A DNA stretch of 64,000 nt from Octopus vulgaris. Its lineage: Eukaryota. The stretch is from positions 50,344,001-50,408,000 of the forward strand of contig OX597832.1 in the NCBI GenBank assembly GCA_951406725.2, given 5' to 3'. Made by a program: the position numbers and the translations under genes. Shown here piece by piece: positions 31,313 through 43,667 of this stretch (position 1 is the first letter of the stretch; each line of letters starts with the position of its first letter). The notes below the pieces were generated by a model. That model was not told the origin of the DNA, searched no databases, and saw only the letters and a list, made by a program, of their open reading frames with translations.

Positions 31313-31541
31313 TTAACCCTTTAGTATTCATGTTATTCGGTCAAAAGTAATACTTATTTATTCACATTGTTTTAAATCAATCTTGCATTATCTTGTAGCT
31401 TTGAGATTTCGATGAAGTAACTATTCATTTTTAGAATGATATAGTAGGGCTGGTGTGAGAGGCCAGATCTGGCCAGTTTGAGCATAAAACAAGGGAGAAT
31501 ATTTTGGCCGGATATGGCCAGTTTAAATGCTAAAGGGTTAA
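31313..31541. mobile_element. piggyBac-type MITE, family B. Other copies 5570-5782, ~13475-13668, 48615-49737 (split), ~63950-end
   Basis: TTAACCCTTTAGTATT ... AATGCTAAAGGGTTAA termini; internal CCAGATCTGGCC motif shared among copies. Confidence 0.82.
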
Positions 31542-31968
31542 TTCAATTTTGAGTGTAGTAAATATATTCGAGTTACTTTTCTTTTTAATACTTAAACATT
31601 CCATTGAAAGTTGTTGATTATTTTTTTTTGTCTTTCCACAGAAGTATGTGATAAGCTAGAGTGTATTCCCAGTTTGTGTGGAATTAAGTAAACCAGAGAT
31701 AAGAATCTCTTTGTTGATATGACACCAGTAACTTTTCCTTAAAGAACAATCGAATTTAGCTCACCCCCCCATGCCAATGAATTATGCCTCAGTTTTATAG
31801 CATATCTGCTGCTATGCCATGAAATCAACAAATGAATTTCATCCTACATTGCTTTTTTTTTGGGGGGGGAGTCCATGGATATGGAGGAAGGGACAATGCC
31901 CATGACCTTTGCAGGCTCTCCTCAACTTTTGCTATTGATGCCATTGTTGCATCCCCAATTGTCTTTCA

Positions 31969-32052
<84 letters not shown>

Positions 32053-32157
32053 GTATATATATATTTAGGGAAAGTTTCCAAAAAAAGACAAAAGACGAAG
32101 ACAGGTGGTGTACAAAACAAACAGATGTATTAGTATAACGCTCAGGAATAGAAAAGT

Positions 32158-32193
32158 CTTTTACGTTTCGAGCCTACGCTCTTCTACAGAAAG
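32158..32193 (-). ncRNA. Minimal hammerhead-like motif with variant core CUGUAGA
   Basis: CUUU-CUGUAGA-A-GAGC(GUAG)GCUC-GAA-AC-GU-A-AAAG; ACGU palindromic stem III as in Penelope minimal hammerheads; the downstream tail recurs at 9460-9551. Confidence 0.6.
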
Positions 32194-32264
32194 GTACACA
32201 AAAAAAACAAGGAGAGAAAAAAGACAAACATACATACATACATACGTGTGTATATGTGTGTGTG

Positions 32265-32325
<61 letters not shown>

Positions 32326-33104
32326 ATATATATGTGTGTGTGTATATATATATGTGTGTGTATCTATATATATATATATATATATGTATATATTCTTTTA
32401 TTCATTTACTTGTTTCAGTCATTTAACTGTGGCAATGATGGAACACCACCTTGAAGGGCTTTGGTCAAAAAAATTGACCCCAGAACTTTTTCTTTTAAGC
32501 CTAGTATTTATTCTATTGGTCTCTTTTGCCGAACTGCTAAGTTATGGGAACACAAACAAATCAGCACCAGCTGTCTTTCAAGCAGAAGGGCTGGTAAACA
32601 AAGACAAATGTGAACACACACACACACACACACACACACTGAGGCAAAAGCATGGCAGTGTGCTAAGAAGCTTGCTTTCCAAACCACTTGGTCCCAGGTT
32701 CAGTCCCACTGCATGGCACCTTGGGCAAGTGTCTTCTACTGTAGCCACAGGCCAACCAAAGCCATGTGAGTGGATTTGGTAGATGGAAACTGAAAGAAGC
32801 CCATCGTACATGTATGTGTGTGTGTGTGTGTGTGTGTGTAGAGTGTTAGGTGTGATATACAGTATTGAATATTGAAAAAAAAGTCGTCAGAATTTTGGAA
32901 AGAACTTTTTTTATTATTATATCTTCATTTTCATATTAGCGCTTTCGTTTGTCTTTCAAACTTGTTAAACACAGTTCTGTGAATATACAAATATCTTGCT
33001 TATTTATATAAAACAGGTGGGGTTTTTTTTTGGGGGGGGTGTTATAAGAGATCATTGTTTTCGTTTTGTTTCTTTGAGATGAGGCTTTGAAGACAATGGA
33101 AGAT

Positions 33105-33154
<50 letters not shown>

Positions 33155-33623
33155 TTATTTCTGTGTGTCTTTCCCCTCCCTACTACCACTTGACAACCAG
33201 TGTGTTTTCGTCCCCCTAACTTGTAATTGAGAAAATGGAACTGATAGAACAAGTACCAGGTTTGGAAAAAGGAATAGGTGCTGTTGTCGATTCATTTGAC
33301 TAAAAGTCTTTCAAGTCGGTGCCCCAGCATGGCCGCAGTCTAATGACTGAAACACATAAAAGACAGAAGAGGAAAGATAAAGAGATGTGTGTGTATGTAC
33401 AAGAGCATGTTTCTCCATAAACACACACACACGCACACACACACATGACTGAACAGAAAAGCTGGTTCACAACACCAAATCTCCAAAGATTTTCTGAAAC
33501 AAAAAAATGGTCTTAACCCAGAAATATCAAAATGCAAGATAAAAGTACAAACCATTGACATATCTTATTTTTTATGACTTGCATTCTATTGGCTTTTCAA
33601 AAATAAACAAATTATTTATATGG

Positions 33624-33657
<34 letters not shown>

Positions 33658-34346
33658 TTACATATGTCTATTGTCTTTTACTTGTTTCAGTCATTATACT
33701 GCGGCCATGCTGGGGCACCGCTTTGAGGAATTTTTAGTCAAAGGAATTGACCCCAGTACTTATTTTTTTAAAGCCTGGTACTTATTCTATCGGTCTGTGT
33801 TTGCCGAACTGCTAAGTTACAGGGATGTAAACACACCCACATCAGTTGGTAATGTCAGGATAAACATAGACACACACATGGAGATATATACATGTATACA
33901 CGATGGGCTCCTTTCAGTTTCCATCTACCAAATCCACTCACAAGGTTTTGGTCGACTCGAGGCTATAGTAGAAGGCAGTTGCCCAAGGTGCCATGCAGTG
34001 GAACTGAACCTAGAACCATGTGGTTAAGAAGCAAGCTTCTTAGCACACTGCCATGCTTTTGCCTAAGTGTGTGTGCGTGTTCACATTTGTCTTTTAGAGG
34101 CATTATATTATGAGCGGTGGTGCCCCAGCATGGCCGCGGCCTTCGGGCTAAAACATTTTTAAGGATTTAAGGATTTACTAAACTGTCAATTACAAGAATA
34201 TACATACATGTATAGCATATTATGCTTTACATATAAGATATAAAATATATTAATATATAAAGATACCAGTAATTATTACAACATACATGAGTATGATATA
34301 TATATATATAAAATTTCATCATCACTAATTGTGACGATACATTATT

Positions 34347-34401
<55 letters not shown>

Positions 34402-35067
34402 TATATACACACATAAATGTATACACATAAATGCGTGTGTGTCTATGTATATATATATACTCATTTATAAATGTGTGTGTACATACATACACATTTACAG
34501 ATAAATACAGTCATAAACATGCATACACCAACATATCCATACACATTATACACTCACCAGCTTACATACACCAACAGCCGAACATTCGGATACAACCACA
34601 CACACAGTATGTACCAATTTCACTGACACATAACCCCCCCCCCACACACACACACACAGAAGTACATACACCAATTCACACATACTTCCACACATACCAG
34701 TACACATTTCTAGAGCAACACACACACACAAACACATATTCTCTTGCATAAGCTATTCCGCAGCACACGTTCGTAAATACAGACAGATGCACACACACCT
34801 GCAATTCGTTGGAAGCCAGTCAGTAGGTTAATAGGAAGTTGAACCTTGTTAGTTCGTCCTCTACTTTTGATGTTTTAATTGTCAATGCTGGCGTTTATGG
34901 GCATAGATATATGGGTGTGTTTCTCTGAGTGTTTGTTACACTTGTATGGCAGATATTTTATTTCTGTTTGTGTGCGTGTTTTGTAATAACATAAATGCAT
35001 AACCTCACATTTCTGTCTTCTCAAATCTCTCTCTCTCTCTCTCTGTATGTATGTATATATATATATA

Positions 35068-35330
35068 GGTACTACTTAAGATGAGTGGTCCCGGTGCGCG
35101 CATCCGCGCTAGCCAGTCGTGACTAGTCGATCCTAAAACGACTACCTAGCAAAGTGAATAAAACACAAAATAAATGATTTTTTTACACAAAGTAAATAAA
35201 ACGCAAAAACACAAAGTAAATAAATTTTTAAGCAAAGTAAATAAAACACAAAGTAAGGATCGACTAGTCACGACTAGCTAGTGCGGATGCGCGAGTGCGC
35301 GCACCGGGACCACTCTTCTTTAGTAGTACC
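35068..35330. mobile_element. CpG-rich long-TIR MITE, possibly Merlin-like
   Basis: ~65-bp inverted repeats GGTACTAC..CGATCCT / AGGATCG..GTAGTACC; flanks ATATATATA / ACATATATA. Confidence 0.72.
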
Positions 35331-35892
35331 ACATATATATAATTTGTGTATGTGTGTCACTTTGGTGTGTAAGTGCGTGTAAATATATATATATATATAC
35401 ATATCTACATTTGTGTGAATATATATATATATGTGTAATCGAAACCATATATATATGTATATATATATATATTGTGTGTGCGTGCGTATATATGTATGTT
35501 TGTTTATATATCTGAATCTCTGCGTGAGTGCGTGCTTAATTTTGTATGCATTCATTTGTGCGTGTGCATATTATTGAGAGCTTTGATTGCGTGGTTTAGC
35601 ACTAAAGAACTATATAGAGACGTAGAAAAAAGAAAAATAATAAGTGGTAGTGATGATGATGGAAAAAGATAAGTTCTGAACCATTTCATTGGTGCTGAGT
35701 CAAAGAGGGCGAACAAGAAATAAAATGCCAAAGGAAATAACAACGAAGAGAACGTGTCTAATTTAATCGGCTGCAAACATCAACATGCTTCCTGCTGTTT
35801 GGTTTTTATTAAGAGTTACTTCCCCTTTGGCTCCTTTGATTTATTGGTGCTCTGTGCGTGTGTGTGTCTGTGTGTGCGTGCAATTGTATGTT

Positions 35893-36165
35893 GTCTGTGT
35901 GTGTGCATAATTGTATGTTGTCTGTGTGTTTAAGTATGAATCTATGTGCATATATATATGAGTAGTCGACCAGATATGTGGACATATAAGTATGCATGTT
36001 TGTTTATGTATGAATATTTATGTGTGTCTGTCTGTCTGTGTGTGCATACAATTGTATGTTGTCTGTGTGTTTAAGTATGAATCTATGTGCATATATATAT
36101 ATATGAGTAGTCGACCAGATATGTGAACATATAAGTATGCATGTTTGTTTATGTATGAATGTTTG
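35893..36165. repeat. Direct tandem duplication, ~140-bp unit
   Basis: AATTGTATGTTGTCTGTGTGTTTAAGTATGAATC..AGTAGTCGACCAGATATG occurs twice. Confidence 0.85.
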
Positions 36166-38760
36166 TGTGTGTGTGTGTGTGTGTGTTTGTGAGAGCCTTT
36201 TTCAATTGTATCATGTATAAATATATATGTTTATTGAACCTCTGTGACTTCAGGAATTTGTGTGTTTGTCTACGTTTATAGGTTTGTATATCTACTACGA
36301 GTGTTACTGTGTGGGTATGGTGGGCATATGTATTGCTACCTTATATAAGTTTATTGAAGCACGAGTGTGTATGGTAGGAGAAATTGCTTCTTTCATCTAT
36401 CTCTGTCTATCTCCTTCTCCCCTATCTCTCTCTCTCTCTCTCTCCCTGTGCGTGCATCTATGTATGTACGTATAATACACACTCAATCATGCTTTTCCTT
36501 CTCTTCTCCTTCTTCAAGCTGCAAATCATTGCTTTTTCTGGCCTCGTTTTGTGTAAACCCTATTGTTCATGATTGGATTAAGAGATTTTCGTTTGGCTGG
36601 TCTTTAGAGAGTTTCACGCCATTATTATCGAGTTTGGTCACGAAACCGGGGAACTTTTCGCTCAATAGAAACTAATTTCTCTGGAAATAACTCTACGACT
36701 TCTGTTGGTTTTTCTTGGATACGTTTGGGGAAGTTGGTGAACGTTTATTTATACCATGGAGAGTTTGTGCACGCATCTGTAATTTTAATGGTAAGACTTA
36801 TGTAACCAATAAAGGGAACGGCTGTTGTGGATGTTTAGCTCCAGTTCAACTCTAATCGAGCAGAATCTATGATCAAAAATATTCCAACCATGACCATCCT
36901 GTTCTCATAAAGGATATCTTGAGCTACTTTGTTGTTTGACCTTGTGCCTGTTTTCGAGATCCTGTTAAATGGTTTGAGGGAAATTTGTTTGCTATTTCTA
37001 GCAGGTTGGTCAAACACATTAAGGCACCTCTCTTGTTGGTTGGTGAGGAAAGGGTAGTTTGTGGTGATAGATAAGGACTCTGAACAAATAGATGCCACGA
37101 TAGGAAGAAATGAAAGATAACAACCCTTTCTACTGGAAGCACAGGGCCTCAAATTTGGAGGAAGGGATTAAGTCGATCACATCAACCGCAGTGCATAACT
37201 GGTACTTATTTAATCGACCCCAAAAGGATGAAAGGCAAAGTCAACTTCAGCAGAATTTGAACTCAGAATGTAGTGACCGCTAAGCATTTCACCCGGCGTG
37301 TTAATGATTTTGCCATTTCACCACATTAAATGAGCGATAATAATAAAATGGTAATATAGCTGCACACACGCACGCGCGTGTATGGAGGCACATGGCCTAG
37401 TGGTTAGGGCAGCAGACCTGCAGTCGAGGGATCGCGGGTTTGAATCTCAAACTGGGCGATATGTGTGTTTATGAGTGAAACACCTGAGCCCCAGGTGGCT
37501 CCGGCAGAAGGTAATGGCGAAACTTCTGCTGACTCTTTTGCCACAACTTTCATGCACTGTTTACTTCTGCATCTTGCAGCTCACCTGTGACGGACTGGCG
37601 TCCCTTCCAGGTTGGGAATCTATACACCAAGGAAACTGGGAAACCGGCCCTTATGAGCCAGGCATGGCTTGTGAAGGAACAAACAACATATATATGGCTG
37701 TATGGTTAAGAAACTTACATTGCAGCCACATATTTCAGGATCAGCCCCAGGTCAACCAATACCTTTGATTGAATTTGGTAAGCAAGAACTGTGTAGAAGC
37801 TTGTTGTGTGCGTGTGCGCACACAGTGGAACCACAGTTTGCGAGCACCTCTCCTCACAAACAAATCAAAATATGAACAATTGTTCAAACATATAACATGC
37901 TTTGGGCGATGAACGGTGTCTTGAGTAACAAACACGCCAGCCGACTTCAACAGTTTACAACAAGCTGAAAGTATTGGGGAGGAGTGTGTCAGTTGCTGTC
38001 CTGCTCAGTGCATATCCTTACTCAAATTCACGATGAGTTGAATTTCTGCAGGAAAAGTAGTTTCGGTTTATGAACATTTTGGGTGATGAACGTCCTTCAG
38101 GAATGAATTAAATTCATGAACCAAGATTATACTGTCAGACGTGGCTGTCTGGAAAGACGTTTGCTTCCCAACCACATGGTTCTGGGTTCAGTCTTCAGTC
38201 CCACTGTGTGGCACCTTGGACAAGTGTCTTCAAGCCAGCCAAAGCCTTTTGTGTGGATTTGGTAGATGAAAACTGAAAAAAGTCCCTCGTGTATATATAT
38301 ATATATATATACATTCATACATACATATATATAATATGTATGTATATATAGGAGGAGACACCCTTCGGTCATGAATGACCATGGGATTGCACCTAGAAAG
38401 TTACCCTCCGAGGCACAAGTCAGGGCAAGATTGTTTGTGGAATGCTAGCATTTGCCCCTGCATACCTGCCTCCACTCTCCATGCCACCAATGTTACCCAA
38501 GGGTAAGACAAAGGCCGATACAGTCTTGGCACCAGTGATGTCACAACTCATTTCTACAGCTGAGTGAACTGGAGCAACATGAAATAAAAGTATCTTGCTC
38601 AAGGACCCAATGCGCTGTCGGGACTTGAACTCACAACCATACGATCATGAGCTAAATAGCCCAACCACCAAACCACACACCTTCACTAATTCATGCTTGT
38701 AAAAGACAAACGTGTGTGTATGTGCACACACGTGTGTTCATGTTCATCGGTATAAAAAAA

Positions 38761-38995
38761 AGGCGGCGAGCTGGCAGAAACGTTAGCACGACGGGCGAAA
38801 TGCTTAGCGGTATTTCGTCTGCCGTTACGTTCTGAGTTCAAATTCCGCCGAGGTCGACTTTGCCTTTCATCCTTTCGGGGTCGATAAATTAAGTACCAGT
38901 TATGCACTGGGGTCAATTTAATCGACTTAATACCTATGTCTGTCTTTGTTTGTCCCCTCTATGTTTAGCCCCTTGTGGGTAATAAAGAAATAGGT
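38761..38995 (+). mobile_element. tRNA-headed SINE family B (central GTCGACTTTGCCTTTCATCCTTTCGGGGTCGATAAATTAAGTACCAG domain). Other copies ~10330-11370, 11705-11930, 14020-14510, 22820-23045, 37130-37325(-), 39160-39333(-), 41085-41307(-), 42065-42288(-), 46441-47394(-), 52427-52662, 57515-57733(-), 61400-63900
   Basis: Head GGCGGCGAGCTGGCAGAA..GAGTTCAAATTCC; two alternative tails; central domain resembles, from memory, the MetaSINE-type domain. Confidence 0.88.
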
Positions 38996-39861
38996 AGAAA
39001 AGAAGTGTGGCATGTTGCATCCCTTTAAGTCAAAAGTCTAGATATTTAACTAAGATCAATTAGATAAGTACTGGGTTAGAAATAAAGGCTGTGATTGGCT
39101 ATTATCAACTAAAGATCCTTAAAGGTATGCTCATAACAGCCATAGTTCAGTGACTGAAATTTTGTGGGAGGGGCCAGTCGATTAAATCGACCTCAGTACG
39201 CAGCTGGTACTTAATTTATCGATCCCAAAAGGATAAAAGACAGAGTCGACCTCGGCGGAATTTGAACTCCGAATGTAAAGACAGACGAAATACTGCTAAG
39301 CATTTCGACCAGCATGCTAACAATTCTGCCAAGCTGAAATTTATAAAAGAATATATTTGAAGTAACAATTGGCTATATAAGGGAGGTAACTGAAATGCTT
39401 TGTAGATTAATCTTGAATGGAAATAGTTAAATTTTTCTCCCTTTAAATCACCCCCTCCTTACCTCCATACATGACACATTCTCAAATAATTTTTCCTACT
39501 TTTAAACCAAGCATAGAATTTTTGTTACAGTTGTACTGGAGAAGTTTATCCCAGCATGGGACAAAAGCTACATGTTTCCACTTTCCATGCAGCCTAGTTT
39601 GACTTTGTCAGTTTGAATTGAAAAAATATTACCAGTCACATACTAGAGTTTATTTAATCTAATGCATTAGATAAATATCGTTATGGCCAGCCTGTGGGGT
39701 TACCCGAGGTTTCACGTCCCTAAAGCACTTAGCTTCACAACATCTTCTCAGTCCCTAATGTGCTTTATGGACGCAGAACCCTGGTAACCCCATTGACCAG
39801 CCATGAATATCTTTAAATACTCTACAGCTCTATAACTTGGATTTATGATTTACTGACTATG

Positions 39862-39892
<31 letters not shown>

Positions 39893-40093
39893 CAGTGCTT
39901 TTCAAACTTTTTGCTGGAGCGGAACCCCAAGGAAACATTCCACTGGCTCGAGGAACCCCTGTGCAATAATTTAATAGTCATATGCACACATATCTGCACA
40001 GGAGAATTAAAAATTACTGCCGATTTTAGCAGTTTTGTAACTTCTTGCAGAACCCCTGGACTGTACTGGCGGAACCCTGGTTGAAAACCACTG
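39893..40093. mobile_element. hAT (Charlie-like) MITE inserted in (TA)n
   Basis: CAGTGCTTTTCAA ... TTGAAAACCACTG; GGAACCCC subterminal motifs; ATATATAT on both sides. Confidence 0.8.
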
Positions 40094-41688
40094 ATATATA
40101 TATATATATATATATATAATTCAATTAGAGGTTGTGATAGCCTCATGAAAGGAGGGTTTCATCCAAGGAAATACTGGTTCAATACCTAATATTTGCGTGG
40201 TGGATGAATTGATTTCCTTAAAATAATAGGTATCTATATAAACTGTACTTTATATTCCTGCAAAGGAAGAAGAAGAAGATGGAGATTGTGAATTTAATAA
40301 AAGTTTATTATCAACAACAAATCGTTATTGGTAATATACTCTTAAAAACTTCACAACTCCATTTTATTCTTCTTCATCATCATCGTTTAACGACCGTGTT
40401 CCATGCTAGCACGGGTTGGACGGTTCGACCAGGGTCTGGGAAGCCAGGAGGCTGCACCAGGCTCCAGTCTGATCTGGCAGTGTTTCTACAGCTGGATGCC
40501 CTTCCTAAAGCCAACCACTCCGTGAGTGTAGTGGGTGCTTTTTACGTGCCACCAGCACCGGTGCCAGGGGAGTCTGGCAGCAGCCACGATCAGTTGGTGC
40601 TTTTTACGTGCCACCGGCACAGAAGCCAGTCAAGGCAGCGCTGGCATCAACCACGTTCCGATGGTGCTTTTTACATGCCACCGGCACTTTATATATATAT
40701 AAAATAGGTCCAGGAGTGGCTGTGTGGTAATTCCACTCGCAAAGCATAAATCAACCCAGGGTTATGGTAGAAAGTAGGATCGAACCCAGAACCACATAGT
40801 TGCTAATCAATCTTCTTAACTGTACAACCATGCCGGCACTCATTTGAAGACATGTGATACATTAAAGAAGAAAGATCAACACTGCAAGCTAATACAGGGC
40901 TCCCCAGTGTAAATAGTTGGGATTGTGCGTTAAGAGTTAATTGCTAATTAGACTGCTAATCTGTTTTTTTTTTTGTCTGTCTATCTTTCTATCTGCCTGT
41001 CCACCTCTGTCTGTTTCTCTGTCTTAATATGTAGACCTATCTATCAGTCCATCTTTCTGATTGTCTGCCGTTCTTATTTCATTATTTCCCACAAGGGGCT
41101 AAACACAGAGGGGACAAACAAGGACAGACAAAGGGATTAAGTCGATTACATCAACCCCAGTGCATAACTGGTACTTCATTTATCGACCCCGAAAGGATGA
41201 AAGGCAAAGTCGACCTCGGCGGAATTTGAACTCAGAACGTAACGGCAGACGAAATACCGCTGAGTATTTCGCACCGCATGCTAACGTTTCTGCCAGCTCG
41301 CCACCTTATCTGCCATTCTGTCTGCATGCATGCATGCATCTATGCATACATACATACATCTGACTGTCTTCCCCCTCCCTCCCCCTCTCTCCATATATAT
41401 GTGTATACACACACACTCACACACACACATATTCATTCATACATATGGTTGTCTTTCTATCCATCTGTCTGCTTACCTACATATCTGCTTGTTTATCTAT
41501 GCATCTCTGCCTATCTGTCTGTCTGTCTATCCACCCATTCATCTATCTGTCTGTATATCACTCTTCGTCTGTCTGTCCGTCTACCCCCATCAGAGTCAAA
41601 CACTCTTCTGTTTCTCCACACCTACTTAACTATGAAGGGTGTTCTTAAGTTTTCTATATTCAATTACATCTCTTCTCTCTCTCTCACC

Positions 41689-41733
<45 letters not shown>

Positions 41734-42756
41734 ATGTCTATGATTATTTATAGTTTATTTCCACAATGACTAACATTTAGTATCTGGCTTCTTGATTTCA
41801 TCAAAGACCCCCACCAATTCAAATAAATAATCCTATCCCTGCTCTGTGTAGAGATATGTGTTCTTGTGTTTAATAGTTTGTGTGTGCATGTGGACGTAGG
41901 AGTGGCTGTGTGGTAAGCTTGCTTACGAACCACATGGTTCTGGGTTCAGTCCCACTGCGTGGCACCTTGGGCAAGTGTCTTCTACTATAGCCTCAGGCCG
42001 ACCAAAGCCTTGTGAATGGATTCGGTAGCCTGTTGTATATATATGTGTATAGATATATATATTTTTTTACTGCCCACAAGCGGCTAATCATAGAGGGGAC
42101 AAACAAGGACAGGCAAAGGGATTAAGTCGATTACATCGACCCCAGTGTGAAACTGGTACTTTATTTATCGACCCCGAAAGAATGAAAGGCAAAGTCGACC
42201 TCGGTGGAATTTGAACTCAGAATGTAACGACAGCCGAAATACAGATACGCATTTCGCCCGGCATGCTAACGTTTCTGCCAGCTCGCCTTATATATATGTG
42301 TGTGTTTGTGTGTCTGTGTCTGTCCCCCCCAACATCGCTTGACAACCGATGCTGGTGTGTTTACGTCCCCGTAACTTAGCGGTTTGGCAAAAAAGACTGA
42401 CGATAGAATAAGTACTAGGCTCAGAAAGAATATGTCCTGGGGTCGATTAGCTCGACTAAAGGTGGTGCTCCAGCATGGCCACAGTCACATGACTGAAACA
42501 AGTAAAGAGTATACATATGGCTCTATGCTGTTTTATAAGGGTCTGTATGTGTATAAATGTGTGTGCATTTATACACATAAATTTCAACTATATATATATA
42601 TACCGGAGTAAAGACATAAATGTGAAACAAGGTGGAAAAAAAAGTACTCAAATACCAGGGGTACAGTAATATGCTTTATTTAAAAGCAGCAGAAATTCAA
42701 CAACGGGAACGTGAAACTCCGAGTAACAGGTTTTGCTGAATTTCTGCTGCTTATAG

Positions 42757-42805
42757 CAAAACTGTCCGACGAACGGGAACGTGAAACTCTGAGTAACAGG
42801 TTTTG
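42757..42805 (+). ncRNA. Minimal hammerhead ribozyme with variant core CCGACGA
   Basis: CUGU-CCGACGA-ACG(GGAA)CGU-GAA-ACUC-U-GAGU-A-ACAG; same stem III as the 23.4-kb copies; lies in tandem + inverted repeat 42600-42835. Confidence 0.7.
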
Positions 42806-43584
42806 TTGAATTTCTGCTGCTTTTAAATAAAGTATATATAGATACATACACACATTTATATATATTTCTTAATATTTAGTAGAAATAACAGAGTAACTCA
42901 ATGTCTGAGTTTCATGCATCGGCACTTATGAAACTAGTTCTGTTTTTCCTGTTTGGATCAACATACCTATATATATATATATATATATTTACACATACAT
43001 ATATATGTGTATGAATTAATTTATTCACATCCTAAATTAATGTTTAGATTATGACCCTCCCTACCTACCCCCCTCCTCCAAGCCGAGATTAAGTCTGTCT
43101 GATAACTAACTGCAAGATCACAAGTTGAACCTAATTGCATCTCATTTAGCTTCACAGTACAATTAGAATCATATATGTTCACTTGAGTCAGGATGTTTAT
43201 CTAGAACACCACTGGATAATTTATTTCAGATTTCTACAGAAAAAGATAAAAAATAGAAAACAACCAAAAATATTGCTCTTTGTAGATGTTACAAAAAAAA
43301 TATATATATAAGTCTTCCTTAGATACAAACTCTTAACGTTACGTCCCACTTAGCACATTTGGAAGTTATAGCAGCACTTAAGCTTTGTATATAAGGATTC
43401 TTAAAGATTCAAGGATCACAAGAATATATTTTTTTTTAACTGTCTTCTTTTCCTTTTTTTTTTTAATCACTTTTGTTTTTGTCTCTTTTTTTTATCTGTT
43501 TAATTAAAATTATGTTGAAAATGGTTTTTATGTTTTTTTTTTTCTAATTTGTCTTTTTTTTTTCATCTTTGATGATGATTTCAG

Positions 43585-43667
43585 TGACACAAGCAGCTCA
43601 CAAGCACTCACTCAACAAAGCCAGACATTCTTGCGAGCTGATACTCCCAACAATACTACAGGTTCTG
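43585..43667 (+). CDS. RYK: RYK juxtamembrane exon (DTSSSQALTQQSQTFLRADTPNNTTGS)
   Basis: Polypyrimidine tract + TTCAG acceptor, G|GTAAGT donor; LRADTPNN motif is characteristic of RYK; phase 2 to phase 1. Confidence 0.92.

Noticed and set aside
31642-31690. Good acceptor (T-tract..CCACAG) as an extra RYK exon
   Set aside because: All three frames hit stops within 50 nt and show no RYK similarity.
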